This document shows, one piece after another, positions 59,201-64,000 of a stretch of 64,000 nt of DNA. Numbering within the stretch: position 1 is the stretch's first letter; every line of letters starts with the position of its first letter. The DNA is taken from assembly GCA_002269645.1 (NCBI GenBank), contig NIVC01000641.1, positions 1 through 64,000 of the forward strand. Direction: 5' to 3'. The notes under the pieces are model-generated. The model made no database searches and was not told the origin of the DNA. It saw nothing but the letters and a program-made list of their open reading frames with translations. Source of the DNA: Macrostomum lignano. Its lineage: Eukaryota. The position numbers were made by a program, and so were the translations under genes.

Positions 59201-60556
59201 GCAGAGGCTCATGTCCCAGCGCAGCGGGCCCATGTTGCCGATGCTGCCAAGCCGGTCTTGCAGGCCAACGTAGCTAAAAGGGAGAGAAAAGTCATGCAGT
59301 CACTAGTTTCGAAGTGGACCAAAAAATGGATGCGTGGAAGACCATACGACGGGTATGTACACACTTTCTATAGCTTTAGCTGGCTATGAAGCTCAGATCG
59401 TTGGGCACAAGTAATCACGATCAACTCACTTGAGGTACTCGTTGCTGGCGGGCCTGGCGCTGTAACCAGCGGCAGTGGCGGCCTCGGCGTCATAGATGCC
59501 GTACAGAGTTCGAGTTCCGTTGGTGTCAAGCCAGCATGTGCCGTTGATGCCGGTGCCATTGTCGATTCGGAGGTTCAAGTCGTTGTTGCACGTTGAGTTC
59601 ACCGGAGTAAGACGCTCGCGGCAGACTGTGAAGTTGGTAAAATTAATTTTAGTGCCAATTAATATACTAATCAAGACATCATAATAACCGCAAAATGCTT
59701 ACGTTCGGTGCTCCACGAGCCGCACTCGCTCCAGGGCAGCTTCGAGGTGAACGAGGTGAACAGGTACCAGAAGGACCAGGCAATGATGATATTGTAATAA
59801 ATTCCCACCAGGCCGGACACGATCACCATGCCGACACCGACGCCTGGGTTAAAAGTTGAAAGAGAAAATTGATATTTAATTGGTTTACACTTGCGGTAAC
59901 TCTACGTGCAGTATAAGCGGCTCATTATTGCCGACTCACCTCGGAACAGCGGAGCGAACTCCCAACAGGACAGCGGCCCGGAGCTGCAGAATTGGCCGAG
60001 CGACAGCTCCAAGCAGAAGATGGGCATGCCGCAGAAGAACAAAAAGATGCAATACGGAATGAAGAACGCACCTAAGTAGAAGAAAAATAATTAGGCGCCG
60101 CATAAAGACCTTGTACACAAAAAATTAGTTAATCCATCCACATCCACGATCACTCACCTCCTCCGTTCTTGTAGCATAGGTAGGGAAATCGCCAGACGTT
60201 GCCGAGACCGACAGCGTAGCCCAGGCAGCTCAAAAAGAAGTCGAATTTTCCCGACCAGTTGCCGCGCTCCGGGTTCTCCTCTTCTTCGAAGGTCAGAGAG
60301 AAGCCTTTTTTCTTGGCCAGAGCTTTAGAGAGCTGAAAGTCCGTGGTTTTGATAGCTTAGCGACTCTATTGCGATGGCGTGACAACTGTTACTCTACCGT
60401 GAATGATAAGCTACTTACCTCCATCTGGTTGGCCTCAATCCGGCTAAGCTTCTGCCGGATGTCGCTAATTGACTCCTCAACGCTTTCTCCCTGGCCGCCG
60501 CGCTGCTGCATGCTGATGTCCTCTGGAGACACCACCTGGGAGTCGTGGCTGTCCAT
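56295..60556 (-). CDS. SLC6A5: SLC6 sodium/chloride-dependent amino-acid transporter, GlyT2/ATB0,+-like; exons 60556-60419, 60332-60158, 60071-59940, 59843-59703, 59625-59430, 59273-59138, 58118-57755, 57664-57195, 56627-56295, plus an unresolved short terminal exon (or read-through to 56145)
   Basis: [119 protein letters not shown]. All introns GT-AG and phase-consistent. The family call is firm; the SLC6A5 orthology is tentative. Confidence 0.93.
56780..57125. repeat. 10-bp minisatellite CACTAG(A/C)AGA, about 34 units, SLC6 intron 8
   Basis: Direct periodicity. Confidence 0.96.
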
Positions 60557-63500
60557 GTTGCTTTGTAGCCAATTCGACCTGTTCAAATCGTTAATTCAGC
60601 TTCAGAGAAAGGCAGTGGCCGACGCGGCCGTATTTATAAGGCTGAGGTGAGTGAGCCAAAAATAGCTGGGGTGGGACCTGAGCACCAGTGCATAGGCGGG
60701 CGCAAAGGAGGGGCAGCTGTTTGTGAGGCAGTAAATAGAAAATGACAAATAATGAGTAGTCCATAGATGGATGCAAGTGTACAAAAACGCCTAGAATACA
60801 TGGAATCTGGTCAGTGCATAGTTGGCCAGGCATGCCTCGTGTGGCTTCCTTTCTGATAATAATTAAACCAAACGTCGTGCCAAGAATTTTCAAAATATGC
60901 ACTTGCTCAACTTGAGTACTCGCAAGGCTGCATGCTACTTTTACGTAGAGTCATTCAGTTCATATCGCAATGTGCGCTGTTTATTAGCTTTCTACGATCA
61001 ATAAATCTGCATCTTTATTCTTGTCTAGTGCTCAAGGTAGTCTAATTGTGACTACTAGTAACACCATCTTGCTTTATTCCTCGTTCTGATGCTACGCTGA
61101 GGCTGTGGACCTACTGCAACGGCCATGAGCAGTGCCATTCGGCATGGTCGACTTGACCGGCCAACATCGCAACATCAGTTTTGAGCCTCACAACAACCGT
61201 CTGAAACTACGGCACGATCTAGCTCTACGATAAGGCTGCCCTCACAAACTCAGAATGAGGAGCAGTCCACGTGGATCCACAGAGCCTCTTGAACGTCGAA
61301 TGACCAACTGGTGAAGTATAAAAGCTGCAAACGTTGCGGGACGTCAATCACCTGGACGGTTTTCACATTTTCACATATTTTTTAAATTCACGAAAGCGGT
61401 GTGCTGTATGAGTAATCAGACGGGCTAATGGGCTGCCTGCTAAATAAACAAACCCAGCGTCTACTAGATTTTTGCTAACTCTTGACATTCAGTTGTACAT
61501 TTTGCTCACTTAAGCACTATCCCAGTGAAAATCTGCTCTCTGTGACAATCTCCAACTGAATACTTTGCAAGTTGTTCGGCAGTTTCCCGAACGGAACAGG
61601 AAGACTATTCGGCATGATCTTAACATTAATAATAAGAGCTAGCTCTTAATGAATACTGTGCTGAGGTGATGCGAATCTTTCTGGTGGGACGCACACAATG
61701 AAAATTTGAAATGATTGTCCCCGGGTCACTCCAGTAAATGGACAGAAAGAGCCCTCAGGCGCTTTATTATTTGCTAACTACCTTTTCTTCTTTACCCGCT
61801 GGAGTTTTCGAACGCCGTCAACTCCCCGCAGCCCCACCCACCCTTCTATCCACTTTATTCTGCCAAACTTTCTCATGGTTTTAAACCGGGCGATGAGCTT
61901 GAGCACGGGAGGGGGTTTCGTGGCCTCAATTGTGCTCACTATCTTTATAATAACGCTGCTGAAGTGCATTTTTAGACAGAGAAATTGAACGATAAATCTA
62001 AAAGCGAAGGCGCAATAAACTTTTCGCACTGCCAACTGAGAGCGACAAGGGCGAGCTGCAGTTCAAATCCGTCTGTTCTTTTCCTGGCACTAAATTATGC
62101 CTCAGTTTTATTTGTCTCCGAGTCCGACTCAGACTAGAGACAATCGGCAGCTGCACTGACACTCAGTCGGACTCCATGCTGAGAGATGGTAGGGCCAAGA
62201 CAGCGGGCAGTGAGAGCTGTGATTCTGCGGGAGTTCTGCAGAACAATTGGCTACATAAAGATGGTGAAAAGAAATCCTGCCAAATATGGCAAGCCTGGCA
62301 GGGGGGTCGCGGTAGGGACAAAGCATACACAGGCGCATTCTTAGCAGTGCGCTGCAAATCGGTCTGGCAAGGCCTTGGGTAGCCTTGCGCCTGGCAAGCA
62401 CAGGTAGACATGAATAATGAGCCTGTCCTATTCTCTTGTGAGCATGGAAATCTTTTTGGAATATTTTGCTCGTCCAACTGCGTCGTTAATTCTCAAATTG
62501 TAAGAAGAATCTTGAGAACTTACGTGGTTTTTCAAGTTCTTTTTTACAAGCCAAAGCGAGAGAAGGCTTCGCTCTGCATCTTCTTCGCTCTGCAGTCTGA
62601 ATAATTATAGCAATCTTCTGCGTTTGTTATAAGAAACTGAATTCATTTTGCGCATTCTTATCTGAATTCCGAGTGCTGACCGGAGAGTCCAGTTGAGTTT
62701 AAAACGATATCAGTCCTGCTTTTTTTCACCTATAGGTATAGATATCGCACACGGAAAACGATCCAGGAATTTGCCTTGTTTTTTTTGTTGATGTTTTGGT
62801 CCACGCATAAGCAATAAATTTTAGCTATATGGCAACAACACCACGGTTGAGCATAAACACTCGAAACAGTTCGCTTGGCATGTTGTCAGAAGGCGTTCGT
62901 GCCAGCTTGCCAGAGCGAAAGATTTTGGGTCACAGGTAATTGATACAACCCGTCGGACGGAGGGCTCCGCTAAACTGCGTACTTAGAGAGCATACGACAA
63001 TAAACCTTCGGGTGTGGGATTCTGCGGGAATTGGTGCGTTGCCCCGCACCGCAGGGCATTTCCTTGTTCTGTTTATCGATGCGACGATCAATCAGTCCCC
63101 TCAGGAAACGGAAAAACTGAATCTCAGCCATAAACATGCGGTCAGTGATTGTTGGAATTGACAGTAAATACGTAGACAGATAGATGGCTCTTTTGGCGAG
63201 CGAAAGAAGCGCAGGAGCCAAGTTGGAAAATTAGAAGCAGTGCTCGGACGGGATCTGGGGCACTGAAATCCCGATTTTCAGGACACGTCGAAAGGAAATT
63301 TGGAAAATTTCAGCAGTCTGAAAGAAGTTTTTCAAAGACGACTGACTTCTGGTACGAGTAAATGTAGTTTACGAACTTCTAAAGTTGTCCGGGATGACAG
63401 GAAGTAAAAATATGGCATTTTAGAGTTCGGAGTTCTTAATTTTTCTAAGATAAGAATTGCTAAAATGCTACATGGATACGAAATTGCTTCGTAGTCTGGG

Positions 63501-63589
63501 TTCTTGGCGTCTTAAAAATTTGATACCACATCCTAAAGATGGTAGTAGTCTCTAATTATAGATATTTTGATGGTAAATATGGCGAATTC

Positions 63590-64000
63590 CCGTCCCATCC
63601 CATCTCCTCCCATCTCTTCCTATCCTATCTCATCCCATCCCATCCCCTCCAACATAATCTCGTCCCACCCCATCTCGTCCCACCCCATCTCGTCCCACCC
63701 CATCTCGTCCCACCCCATCTCGTCCCACCCCATCTCGTCCCACCCCATCTCGTCCCACCCCATCTCGTCCCACCCCATCTCGTCCCACCCCATCTCGTCC
63801 CACCCCATCTCGTCCCACCCCATCTCGTCCCACCCCATCTCGTCCCACCCCATCTCGTCCCACCCCATCTCGTCCCACCCCATCTCGCCCCATCCCATCT
63901 CGTCCCACCCCATCTCGTCCCACCCCATCTCGTCCCACCCCATCTCGTCCCACCCCATCTCGTCCCACCCCATCTCGTCCCACCCCATCTCGTCCCACCC
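63590..64000. repeat. Minisatellite, 15-bp unit CGTCCCACCCCATCT, running off the window end
   Basis: Direct periodicity; produces the GWDEM/GRDGV artefact ORFs. Confidence 0.97.

Noticed and set aside
60900-63580. Scattered 60-105 aa ORFs upstream of the SLC6 gene
   Set aside because: No recognisable motifs or consistent splice pattern; treated as intergenic or 5' regulatory sequence.

Overview
Eukaryotic (metazoan invertebrate) genomic DNA: GC-rich exons, GT-AG introns and many intronic mini/microsatellites. The style suggests a flatworm such as Macrostomum, but that is inference only. No prokaryotic features, CRISPR arrays, rRNA or true tRNA genes were found. Most long ORFs in the track are tandem-repeat artefacts. 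Genes rebuilt by hand, in order: a frameshifted EIF1AD; a 4-exon TP53I11-like gene (-); a multi-exon LRRC74-like gene (+); three secreted WSC+PAN/apple paralogues (-; one nested in an LRRC74 intron, one downstream, one pseudogene); a single-domain rhodanese; an intronless CK1-family pseudokinase; an orphan Pro-rich coiled-coil ORF; GRAMD1/Aster (GRAM-VASt-TM); an alpha-arrestin (ARRDC); and a GlyT2/ATB0,+-like SLC6 transporter (-). Mobile DNA: a full-length DD34D mariner with perfect 26-bp TIRs and one frameshift, four tRNA-head SINE copies, a Crypton-like tyrosine-recombinase fragment and a possible MITE. Most notable observations: (1) several minisatellites whose unit is a copy of an exon-intron junction, giving runs of decoy 5' splice sites; one is a 70-bp x19 array that also carries GTCACGTGAC in every unit; (2) an LRRC74 intron whose donor reads AT instead of GT and which hosts a nested gene; (3) two conserved genes with no in-frame ATG but an in-frame AG acceptor, compatible with a spliced-leader-donated start codon; (4) the WSC-PAN tandem family and the CK1 pseudokinase.
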